From a virus, in the IMG/VR virus record IMGVR_UViG_3300009419_000013, positions 1 to 64,000 of that record: DNA of 64,000 bases; one strand, given 5' to 3'. The position numbers were made by a program, and so were the translations under genes. This document shows positions 55,993-64,000 of this stretch, one piece after another. The notes beneath the pieces were generated by a model. That model was not told where the DNA came from. It worked only from the letters and a program-made list of their open reading frames with translations, and ran no database searches. Every line of letters begins with the position of its first letter. The stretch's first letter is position 1.

Positions 55993-56289
55993 ATGAGTGC
56001 TAATAGAAGAGAGAGAAGAAAGTTATTGAGACAGTATGGTCTTTTAGATACGATTAAAAAGACATCGGTTGGATCCAGAATTGAGGAAGGTCAGAATACA
56101 CATAGATTAAATTTACAGAGAATCAAGAATGATCAATTAAAAAAAGATAGGGAAAGAATGGGTAATTCTGACACTACCGAGAATATTAATTTTTATCATG
56201 ATAGCAAGGATGAATATAGTGCATTTACTTCGATGCTTTCTTCCAAGAATTGGGAAAATTTAGATACTGGAGAGAAAGATGGAGAGTAA
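55993..56289 (+). CDS. Hypothetical protein
   Basis: NRRERRK N-terminus; ORF track. Confidence 0.6.
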   Translation: MSANRRERRKLLRQYGLLDTIKKTSVGSRIEEGQNTHRLNLQRIKNDQLKKDRERMGNSDTTENINFYHDSKDEYSAFTSMLSSKNWENLDTGEKDGE

Positions 56290-56608
56290 AATGAAGATAA
56301 ATTTCTATATATCTAGATATTCTCCCAAGGAAGCTAAAAAAAGATCGACATACGGATCTGATTTTTATGTTGTTGATATAGCAAAGATAATAAGAGAACT
56401 TGGATATAGTACGGATGAACTTTCAGTAGAATCCGAATTTATCATAAATTACACTATTCGCAAGAAAATAATACAAGGAATATATAGTACAAAGTGTGAC
56501 GGTATACTTGTATGCTATAAGAATATATCTCCCGATTTTGTAGAAAATTTGGAGATCCTATTAGATGAATATTCAGAAGAATTCGAGTATGCTATCACAG
56601 ATCTTTAA
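56279..56608 (+). CDS. Hypothetical protein
   Basis: ORF track. Confidence 0.6.
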   Translation: MESKMKINFYISRYSPKEAKKRSTYGSDFYVVDIAKIIRELGYSTDELSVESEFIINYTIRKKIIQGIYSTKCDGILVCYKNISPDFVENLEILLDEYSEEFEYAITDL

Positions 56609-56629
56609 AAAAAAAGATTTGTATAGTAA

Positions 56630-58501
56630 ATGGGTAGCCCAGCAAATTTAGTAGAAAAACAACAGAGAGGTATATCAAAGGACCTCATAGAGAAAGCAAG
56701 TAATCTTGGATCCAATAATCCTTTTAAGGGTCCAACTGCGAGAAGTTTATTCTATGAAGCTGCAAAAAGAAATCCTGGAAAATATGGACAATTCCTGTTC
56801 TATTCTTTAGGCAGTAACGAGAATGATTTCATAGATGCATATTATAGATCGGAAAATGCCCAATATAACAGAAGGGTATCCTCATTAAAATCTAAAAATC
56901 CATCAGCTGGATATTTAATATCACAAACCAATAGTTTAGAAAATTCATTAGCCAGTGCAGATTCAACTTTAGCTGGATTAAGCTCCAGCTTTGAGAGAGA
57001 TATAGTGGGTGGATTAGCAGCTCCTTATTCATGGAAGGATTTTTTATATGCTAAGCATTATGGTACTATACCTAATAATTATATGATAACTTTGAGAAGG
57101 TTTCCGACTCCAGTTCTGGATAATTTCTCAATACCTGCTATTGTTAAGGATTCAGATTCGTATAAAAAAGAGGGTGCAGGAAGACCTGTTGCACAGGCGG
57201 TAACATGGTTTGGCGGTAATACAGGTAATGCTCTAGGTGAGCTTATTTCATTTACTACTGGGCTAGAATGGACTCCTAAAACGCAGGAAAGTATAAAGGA
57301 AAGTAAATCTACGAGTAATGGATTTTTTGGAGATCTTCCATTCCAGTGGTTTTCGTCAGCTGCTAGAACTGCAACAGGAACTGATATATTAGCGAATGGG
57401 GTATCTTCTTTTGCAGAGGGTGCCGCAATTGCATTCGATCCAAATAATACTTCAATAGACGATCTTAGGGTTAGAGGACTTAGAGACAGAGCAAAGGACG
57501 GATCAGCTGGGCTTCTATCCGAATACATTTGGGTTCCCTTGGATGTAGTTAAACAAACACAGGTAAGGGATGAGGGTCTTAAATTCACTTGGGAATCCCT
57601 GGTTGTTAATTTTGAATATGAATTAACTTCAGTGGGTGAGGTTAATACAAAGGCAGCAATGCTTGATATATTAGGTAACATGCTATCAATAGGAACAAAT
57701 TATGGTAATTTTTTAACCCCTGATATAAGATATAATTCACAATTCCCAGCAATAGGGTTTCCTGGTGGAGATGCTGGTCTTGCATCATTCTATAGGGACC
57801 CACTACAATTTGTAATTGAATATGGCGATCAGTTAACTAATCCTACAAAAATAGCTACTGAAGCTGCTGGTGGTGCAACAGAAACTGGCGGATTTGGCTT
57901 GAATGGCGCAAATGGAAATAGTATGAATGATCTGAGATCTGAATTTGAAAGAATAGTCGGAGATGGTACTGATGCTAATAAGGGTGAAAAATTAACGGTT
58001 AGTAAGCTGAAGGAGCTCTCTGCCAAATTTGGATCAGGTTTCGGTAAATTACTTAAATTAACAGTTTTACCTGATTTTATAGAAAAATGGCAGGCACCTG
58101 CTAGTTTACTTACCGGTGCACCTATAGGCGAATGGCATTTAACTATAGGTAATCCATGTAATCCTATAGCAATGATCGGAAATCTTGTTTGTGACAGTGT
58201 TGATATATCTTTTGGTGATACATTAGGACCTGATGATTTTCCAACTACTCTAAAAGCAAAATTTACTTTGCTACATGGTAGAGATAGGGAGCGAGGTGAG
58301 ATAGAGAGTATATTTAATAGGGGTGATGGTAGACTTTATCAATCCAGCTTGGAAACATCGGCATCCGCTCAATCTTATAATTCACAAGCTGATGTTAATG
58401 GTAATCCTCTTAGCGAACAAACCATTAATAGATATTTGAATATGAATTCATATACCACCGAATTGACAGATCAGCTAGGCCCTAATATACCTCAACCTTA
58501 A
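56630..58501 (+). CDS. Probable baseplate / tail-tube initiator protein (gp48-like fold)
   Basis: WHLTIGNPCNPIAMIGNLVCDSVDISF...GPDDFPTTLKAKFTL tube-like C-terminus; precedes gp53-like gene. Confidence 0.5.
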   Translation: MGSPANLVEKQQRGISKDLIEKASNLGSNNPFKGPTARSLFYEAAKRNPGKYGQFLFYSLGSNENDFIDAYYRSENAQYNRRVSSLKSKNPSAGYLISQTNSLENSLASADSTLAGLSSSFERDIVGGLAAPYSWKDFLYAKHYGTIPNNYMITLRRFPTPVLDNFSIPAIVKDSDSYKKEGAGRPVAQAVTWFGGNTGNALGELISFTTGLEWTPKTQESIKESKSTSNGFFGDLPFQWFSSAARTATGTDILANGVSSFAEGAAIAFDPNNTSIDDLRVRGLRDRAKDGSAGLLSEYIWVPLDVVKQTQVRDEGLKFTWESLVVNFEYELTSVGEVNTKAAMLDILGNMLSIGTNYGNFLTPDIRYNSQFPAIGFPGGDAGLASFYRDPLQFVIEYGDQLTNPTKIATEAAGGATETGGFGLNGANGNSMNDLRSEFERIVGDGTDANKGEKLTVSKLKELSAKFGSGFGKLLKLTVLPDFIEKWQAPASLLTGAPIGEWHLTIGNPCNPIAMIGNLVCDSVDISFGDTLGPDDFPTTLKAKFTLLHGRDRERGEIESIFNRGDGRLYQSSLETSASAQSYNSQADVNGNPLSEQTINRYLNMNSYTTELTDQLGPNIPQP

Positions 58502-58516
58502 AAATAATAGATAAAA

Positions 58517-59107
58517 ATGGGACTTCTTCTGATAGATACTATATCAAGAAATAAATCAATATTTAATCCTTCATCCGATTTAGATTCCAATAAATTCGGG
58601 ATTTGGGATTTAACTAGAGCATCAATTACTTACGATAACGTGGATGTTAAAATAGGCGAGGTTTTTATTGTTGGCGATGATTATCAGATGAGACCAGATC
58701 TAATAGCAGCTATTAAATTTGGTGATCAGGGTAAAATGGGATCTCTGCTAAAGTTGAATAACATAAGCAATCCATTTGCGATGGACCAGAATAGGGTGCT
58801 GATGCTTCCAACCAGTAGCACGATAGACAGCACATTTAATGTTAAAAAATCTAAAAACCAGGCAGTCTCATCATCCAATACCAGTACTAACGCTAATCAG
58901 GTATTTAGAAATAACCAAGAACAGAAGAAGTTTAAGGTTAGTGATGGTAGAAAAAAGTTTTTGGATTCCAAAATAAAGAATGTTCCAGAAATGGCTTTAC
59001 CACCTAATGTTATGCAACCTAGTCAAAGAACAATAATTAAAAAGGATGGATTTATAATATTCGCTCCCGACTCAGGTGGTGGAGGATTAACACAGCCATC
59101 AAATTAA
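58517..59107 (+). CDS. Baseplate wedge protein (gp53/LysM-like)
   Basis: MRPDLIAAIKFGD...LLKLNNISNPF. Confidence 0.7.
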   Translation: MGLLLIDTISRNKSIFNPSSDLDSNKFGIWDLTRASITYDNVDVKIGEVFIVGDDYQMRPDLIAAIKFGDQGKMGSLLKLNNISNPFAMDQNRVLMLPTSSTIDSTFNVKKSKNQAVSSSNTSTNANQVFRNNQEQKKFKVSDGRKKFLDSKIKNVPEMALPPNVMQPSQRTIIKKDGFIIFAPDSGGGGLTQPSN

Positions 59108-59119
59108 CATTAACCGATT

Positions 59120-60673
59120 ATGAATACTGATGACATAAAGATAATTTCATTGGCTTTAAATAATATGAAGCTGGATGAGATGCTTAAAGTTGATAAGTCG
59201 GGCGGATCCGGTAACGTACAGAAACTTAGGGATACTGGTGAGACATCACAATATTCGATAGGTTTGGAATCACCCTATATAATGATCAATGGATATCCGG
59301 TAAGTAAAGGGCTCACTAAATTCCATCTGGATTTGAATGGATTCTTACCTGTAATAAGGTTTTCTTTTAATGTATTGGAACCATTGTTTATTTCGGTTAG
59401 TTATCCCAAGGATGGAGATATAGTTTCAGTATATCTTAGATCACCAGGTGATCTATATAATCCGATGAGAATGGACTATAAGATATTATCCGTTGATGGT
59501 GGGGTATCCAGTAAATATTCGCCAACAGGTTCAGATCCAAATGGTATTAATTTTAAATTTTCAATAGTTGCTGAGTGTTATATACCGGGTTTATACTCGC
59601 CAGTCATAAAGTCATTCAGTAATAAATCATCAGCTGATGTTCTACTTGAGGTTTCACAGGAGCTTAATTTGGGGTTTGCTACAAATGAAAATGCTACTGT
59701 TGATGAGATGACGTGGATATGTCCAAATTATTCATATTATGATTTTATATCCGATGTTTGCATAAGATCATATAAAGATGATGAGACCAGCTTTTTTGAT
59801 TGCTGGGTTGATCAGTATTATAATGTTAATTTTGTAAATATGGGTACACAATTTGCATTTCAAGGTGATCCTAAACAGGAAGTAATGTTTATACCCGGTT
59901 ATACCTCGGATGGGATTAAGCCTGATGCAAATATACCGGGATCTTCTGCTGCAGCTCCAACAACAACACCGTTTGTTTTGACCAATATGCTAGGTGCGGG
60001 GATAACCCCATTTTTTATAAATGGATATACTCTAACCTCAAGATCAGGTAATGTTTCAAACTATTCCGGTTATGTCAATACGATTGGTTTTTATGACGAG
60101 AATACTACTGCGGAGACACCTTCTGAAAAATATACCAAATATGATATGGAATCACAAACACCGGAGAATATAGAAACCGGTATGATTTTACAAAAGGGTA
60201 GAGCAAGAGATAATGAATATAAGAATGAAACCAGAAGAGAATGGCTAGGACCAATTAATATTAATGTGGATGCAACTTATGGTGGAGTCCATGAAAATTA
60301 TTATCATACAAAAATGCAGAATATTATAAATATTTTGGATGTAAATAAACTAACCCTCGAAATAGAAATGAGTTCATATTTTGCTGGTGTCATAAAAGGA
60401 CAGGTCGTCCCTGTTTCAATATATGCATTTGATGGAGGACCAAGACAGCAAAACACTGGAAACCTTCCGAACAAGGAATCTAATAAAACTATGTCACCTA
60501 CTTTGGATTTATTTCTATCTGGGAATTATGTAGTTTTGGGTGTTGAAATATACTGGACCCCTAGCGGAGGTCTTAAACAAAAGCTGAATTTAAGTAGAAG
60601 AGCATGGACTGCTAATTCTTCAGGAGCTCTTCCTAAAGCTTTCCCAATATCCATACAAAGTGGACAATTCTAA
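59120..60673 (+). CDS. Probable baseplate hub (gp27-like) protein
   Basis: Position between gp53-like and gp5-like genes; LSGNYVVLGVEIYW...QKLNLSRR C-terminus. Confidence 0.5.
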   Translation: MNTDDIKIISLALNNMKLDEMLKVDKSGGSGNVQKLRDTGETSQYSIGLESPYIMINGYPVSKGLTKFHLDLNGFLPVIRFSFNVLEPLFISVSYPKDGDIVSVYLRSPGDLYNPMRMDYKILSVDGGVSSKYSPTGSDPNGINFKFSIVAECYIPGLYSPVIKSFSNKSSADVLLEVSQELNLGFATNENATVDEMTWICPNYSYYDFISDVCIRSYKDDETSFFDCWVDQYYNVNFVNMGTQFAFQGDPKQEVMFIPGYTSDGIKPDANIPGSSAAAPTTTPFVLTNMLGAGITPFFINGYTLTSRSGNVSNYSGYVNTIGFYDENTTAETPSEKYTKYDMESQTPENIETGMILQKGRARDNEYKNETRREWLGPININVDATYGGVHENYYHTKMQNIINILDVNKLTLEIEMSSYFAGVIKGQVVPVSIYAFDGGPRQQNTGNLPNKESNKTMSPTLDLFLSGNYVVLGVEIYWTPSGGLKQKLNLSRRAWTANSSGALPKAFPISIQSGQF

Positions 60674-60707
60674 GGTTGAGATAAATAGTATAAATAATTT
60701 TTTTTAA

Positions 60708-63008
60708 ATGTCATTCGGAGCAACAGATCAACAAAGGAGTTTATTTCTAAAAGGCTTTAAATTATCGAAGCAAGGTAATTACGAGGATCCAACATATCTT
60801 GGATTTAAAATAGTATTCGATTTTGGTAATTTACCGGTTGGACCAGACGATGGTCTTCCGCCTAGTCCATTATTCAGGGATAGAAGTTATTTCTACGGTG
60901 CAGGTGCTAGTAATTTTGCAGAAAATCCATTCGGACAACCACAATATGATTCAGTTTCAGGATCAGCTGACGGTAAGGTAGCTTTCTATTCGGCTACTAG
61001 TTATCTGGAGGAAAGAGAATCTGATTTTGCTTATGGTGGAAAAAGATCTGATATGCTGAGACAGTTTAAATTGACTCTTAATGACATAGTAACAAATTCA
61101 CCATGGTTTATCCAATCAATAGGAGGTTTAGATAAATTAGCACAGGTTGGAAGACCTGGGTACAGTCCACAATCCGATGGCGGAGAATTTAATCCACAAA
61201 GAACAGGTGGTAAGGTATTGGAAATATCTACGCTAGAATCAATAAATCTTAGAATGTCTGCTTTGGCTGATTTATACAATCAGGCAACTTTCGATTATGA
61301 TAATATGAGGGAATTATTACCCAGAAACCTTAGAAAATTTAGAATGTATATTTTTGTTTCTGAGGTTAGAAATTTCTTTAAAACATCTAGACTTATAGGA
61401 TCATCAGCAGCATTAACAGCTATTGACAATCTATCAACATTACTTGGATCTGGTAATAATCCGGGGTCAAATTTGGGAGCTTCTACTGGTGTGGATTCAC
61501 AACAGAATGAGAATTTCAAAGCTCCAAATGCTAATATAAGTCCATCAAGCTCATTTAACTCATTTGTTGGTAATGTTGTAAATCAATCTGGACTTGATAA
61601 TGATCTATCACTTTTAAAAAATCAGCAGGATCAATCCGGTATAAAACCAGTTATGGTTTTTGAATGTAGAGGTTGTGAATTTGACTTTACCGAGAGTACA
61701 CCGATTTCAGATGACCTTAATATAGGAACATCAGCGGAAGCAGTTACACAGAAATTTAAAATTCATATAGACAGGGTTAGAGTTAGAAGTCAATATCCAA
61801 ATATTAGACAGGATGGGAAACCTTTAGTACTTGGTGATAGCTGGGATGGTGCTAGATCATCAGTTCAGAAAAATCCTAAGGATCAGGATGACATATTATC
61901 AATAGGAAGTCAATTGCTTACTAATTTTGTTAGTAATTCACTAAATGATTTAATTAATGAAGGTGTTGCAAATTTCATACAACCAAATTTACAAGGGCTA
62001 AATAAGCTAGCACTTGGTAATGCATATAGTTTTAATCCTGGAGAGATATTAACAAGTTTATCATTTAATAACGCTCAAAAATTCTTGGATGGTCTAGGAG
62101 GAGTTAATGCAGGTATCAGTAAAACTGATTTCCCTACTCCACAATCAACCGGATTAGGTGGTCCACCACAAAGAGCTTATCCTGCACCTGGTGGTGACGT
62201 TTATAGCAGAGTAGCTGGAGCTGATCTAGGCGTGCCTGAAAGAGTTTATCCTGAACCTAGTGGTGATGTCTACACTGGTGTACCAGGAGCTGATTTGGGT
62301 GCTCCTGACAGAGTTTATCCAGCTCCACAAGGTGATGTCTACTCTGGTGTACCAGGATCTGATCTAGGTGTACCTGGCAGGGTTTATCCAGCTCCTCAGG
62401 GTGATGTATATTCGGATGTTCCAGGTGCTGATTTAGGAGTTCCTGATAGGGTTTATCCAGCTCCACAAGGTGACGTGTATGATAATGTTCCTGGATCTGA
62501 TTTAGGCTCGCCTGATAGAGTTTACCCTGCTCCTGGTGGTGATGTGTATGCTAATGTACCAGGATCTGATCTGGGAGTTCCTGATAGAATATACCCTGAA
62601 TTTAATGATAGTGTTTATCCTGAGCCTGTACCAGGTCAAAATCTAGGAAATACTGAGAGAGTTTATAATGATGTTGAGCAATCAGCATCACTAGGTGAAT
62701 CACAAGTTTATACCGATGTAATTCCTCCACCTAGTAACGCCGAACTTAATCAATCGATATATCCTGCGGAAACACAAATAACCTCCAATGGTGAATTAAG
62801 AAGTCCTTCAAATACTTTTAACTCAACACCAACTCCGGTTTATCCAAGACAGGAAGTAAAATACAGAAGAGGTGATATAGGTAAGGTGTATCCATCGGTT
62901 AGCGGAGATTTCGATACATCGGATGAGAATCTAGGAAACTTAAAACCTGATACCAAATATAATATTAGTATAGATGGATTTAATCCAAAAAGCTCCGATT
63001 TTAATTAA
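60708..63008 (+). CDS. Tail/baseplate protein with a tube-like N-terminal domain and Pro/Gly-rich repeats
   Basis: GATAAATA at 60680-60687; YEDPTYLGF, LPRNLRKFRMYIFVSEVR, FECRGCEFD. Confidence 0.5.
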   Translation: MSFGATDQQRSLFLKGFKLSKQGNYEDPTYLGFKIVFDFGNLPVGPDDGLPPSPLFRDRSYFYGAGASNFAENPFGQPQYDSVSGSADGKVAFYSATSYLEERESDFAYGGKRSDMLRQFKLTLNDIVTNSPWFIQSIGGLDKLAQVGRPGYSPQSDGGEFNPQRTGGKVLEISTLESINLRMSALADLYNQATFDYDNMRELLPRNLRKFRMYIFVSEVRNFFKTSRLIGSSAALTAIDNLSTLLGSGNNPGSNLGASTGVDSQQNENFKAPNANISPSSSFNSFVGNVVNQSGLDNDLSLLKNQQDQSGIKPVMVFECRGCEFDFTESTPISDDLNIGTSAEAVTQKFKIHIDRVRVRSQYPNIRQDGKPLVLGDSWDGARSSVQKNPKDQDDILSIGSQLLTNFVSNSLNDLINEGVANFIQPNLQGLNKLALGNAYSFNPGEILTSLSFNNAQKFLDGLGGVNAGISKTDFPTPQSTGLGGPPQRAYPAPGGDVYSRVAGADLGVPERVYPEPSGDVYTGVPGADLGAPDRVYPAPQGDVYSGVPGSDLGVPGRVYPAPQGDVYSDVPGADLGVPDRVYPAPQGDVYDNVPGSDLGSPDRVYPAPGGDVYANVPGSDLGVPDRIYPEFNDSVYPEPVPGQNLGNTERVYNDVEQSASLGESQVYTDVIPPPSNAELNQSIYPAETQITSNGELRSPSNTFNSTPTPVYPRQEVKYRRGDIGKVYPSVSGDFDTSDENLGNLKPDTKYNISIDGFNPKSSDFN
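62172..62585 (+). repeat. Six 69-bp (23-aa) tandem repeats RVYPAPQGDVYSGVPGADLGVPD, plus degenerate copies downstream
   Basis: Counted directly in the translation. Confidence 0.92.
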
Positions 63009-63011
63009 AAG

Positions 63012-63713
63012 ATGGAAAATAGAAAAACATATCTGGGTAAAATAGCGGATAACAAAGACCCTTTATATCAGGGTAGAGCAAAGATAAGTGTTTTTGGTAT
63101 ATTTGATGATATACCGGTTGAAGATTTGCCTTGGGCAGAACAGATACCTGGTGTTTCTTTTGGAGGTGGCGGGGTAGGTGGAAATATTTCCATCCCGAAA
63201 ATAGATTCTGTTGTTGCAGTTTATTTTGAGAATGAAAATTATTATAAGGTCTACTATGATTATATCAAGGAGATTGACCCCGTTCTTAAGGAGGAGCTAA
63301 AGACTGAGAATTCATACGAGGGCACACATTCTCTATTGTATGATAGTGAGTCTGAGTCCGGCGTGCTTAAAATGATTTACACCAGGAGTAAAGGCTTATT
63401 ATTTCAGCTTGGTGAAGCTTCGATCCAGATAGACACACAAAATGCGGGAACGGACAAGGAGAAACTCAGAATAGTTCTGAAAATGAATGAGGATGAGATA
63501 AGAATGGAAAAAAGCGGAGGAAAACAGAAGGTAATAGTTAAATCCGAAAATATTGAGCTCGGTGACGGAGCTGTAGAAAAACTCGTACTCGGAAATAAAT
63601 TTTTATCGCTATTTAATCAACATACCCACCCTACTGGTGTTGGACCTTCAGGTGTTCCCATTATTCCCATGGTTGACATACAGCATCTAAGTCAAGTATC
63701 TAAAACCAAATAA
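63012..63713 (+). CDS. Baseplate central spike (gp5/VgrG OB-fold) protein
   Basis: GKIADNKDPLYQGRAKISVFG...LPWA...IPKIDSVVAVYF; C-terminal HTH metal-binding tip HTHPTGVGPSG. Confidence 0.85.
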   Translation: MENRKTYLGKIADNKDPLYQGRAKISVFGIFDDIPVEDLPWAEQIPGVSFGGGGVGGNISIPKIDSVVAVYFENENYYKVYYDYIKEIDPVLKEELKTENSYEGTHSLLYDSESESGVLKMIYTRSKGLLFQLGEASIQIDTQNAGTDKEKLRIVLKMNEDEIRMEKSGGKQKVIVKSENIELGDGAVEKLVLGNKFLSLFNQHTHPTGVGPSGVPIIPMVDIQHLSQVSKTK

Positions 63714-63715
63714 CA

Positions 63716-64000
63716 ATGCCAGCAGATTGGACATCATTTATAAATAACGTTAGCCAGAAATTTGGATCGCAGGATCTTAAGGATTCTGATGATCTTGCTG
63801 AATATTTAACATCACAATATATTGCAGCAACCGTTAATAAGGCTCAATCACCATTCGGGAATCTACACAAGAAAGGCAAGGATTCAGTTATGAAATCTAA
63901 ATTTTCTGAGGCATTCAAAATGTTGGAGAAAGAGAGGGTTCCGTCCTTTGCTGATAAAGAAAGTGATCCGATGTATGCAGATCTTGAAGAGGCTATACCT
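63716..64000 (+). CDS. Hypothetical protein, 3'-truncated by the window
   Basis: ATG at 63716, open to the window end (MPADWTSFINNVSQK...). Confidence 0.6.
   Translation, partial: MPADWTSFINNVSQKFGSQDLKDSDDLAEYLTSQYIAATVNKAQSPFGNLHKKGKDSVMKSKFSEAFKMLEKERVPSFADKESDPMYADLEEAIP

Noticed and set aside
725-62466. Numerous short minus-strand ORFs in the track (e.g. 14621-15100, 32935-33417, 57079-57681) and the nested + ORFs 26426-26620
   Set aside because: They lie within or antisense to well-supported genes, have shadow-type composition and lack leaders or promoters
1-64000. Stop-codon reassignment, as seen in some jumbo phages
   Set aside because: Core genes are uninterrupted in code 11, and TAG (18614, 51018) and TGA (14311, 34599) end genes at sensible positions
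1-64000. tRNA, rRNA, introns or inteins
   Set aside because: Intergenic gaps are short and explained by promoters and terminators; terminase, ligase, portal and capsid genes show no interruptions that I could see

Overview
AT-rich, gene-dense segment of a large T4-like (contractile-tailed) jumbo phage genome, almost entirely coded on the + strand in the standard genetic code. The host is probably Bacteroidota: TAnnTTTG promoters are present and start codons have A-rich leaders without Shine-Dalgarno sites. The window holds the morphogenesis core: gp14-like neck, terminase, sheath, two tail tubes, gp26/gp51-like pair, tape-measure-like protein, gp55 late sigma, gp4, gp2, two portals, gp21 protease-scaffold fusion, gp23 capsid and baseplate genes. 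Replication and nucleotide genes are interspersed (ligase, clamp loader, RNase H-like nuclease, guanylate kinase, dCMP deaminase, NUDIX, dNMP kinase plus AsnB). Most notable: (i) tandemly duplicated full-length portal and tail-tube genes; (ii) a heptose kinase plus an AAH/TibC-type O-heptosyltransferase-methyltransferase fusion, with Thr/Ser-Gly-rich insertions in sheath and capsid, suggesting virion O-heptosylation; (iii) two candidate programmed frameshifts; (iv) a T4 CTS-like N-terminal motif on about 10 proteins, including a nucleotidyltransferase; (v) three readable promoter classes; (vi) an apparently catalytically dead UvdE. All family assignments come from motif recognition by eye; no searches were run.
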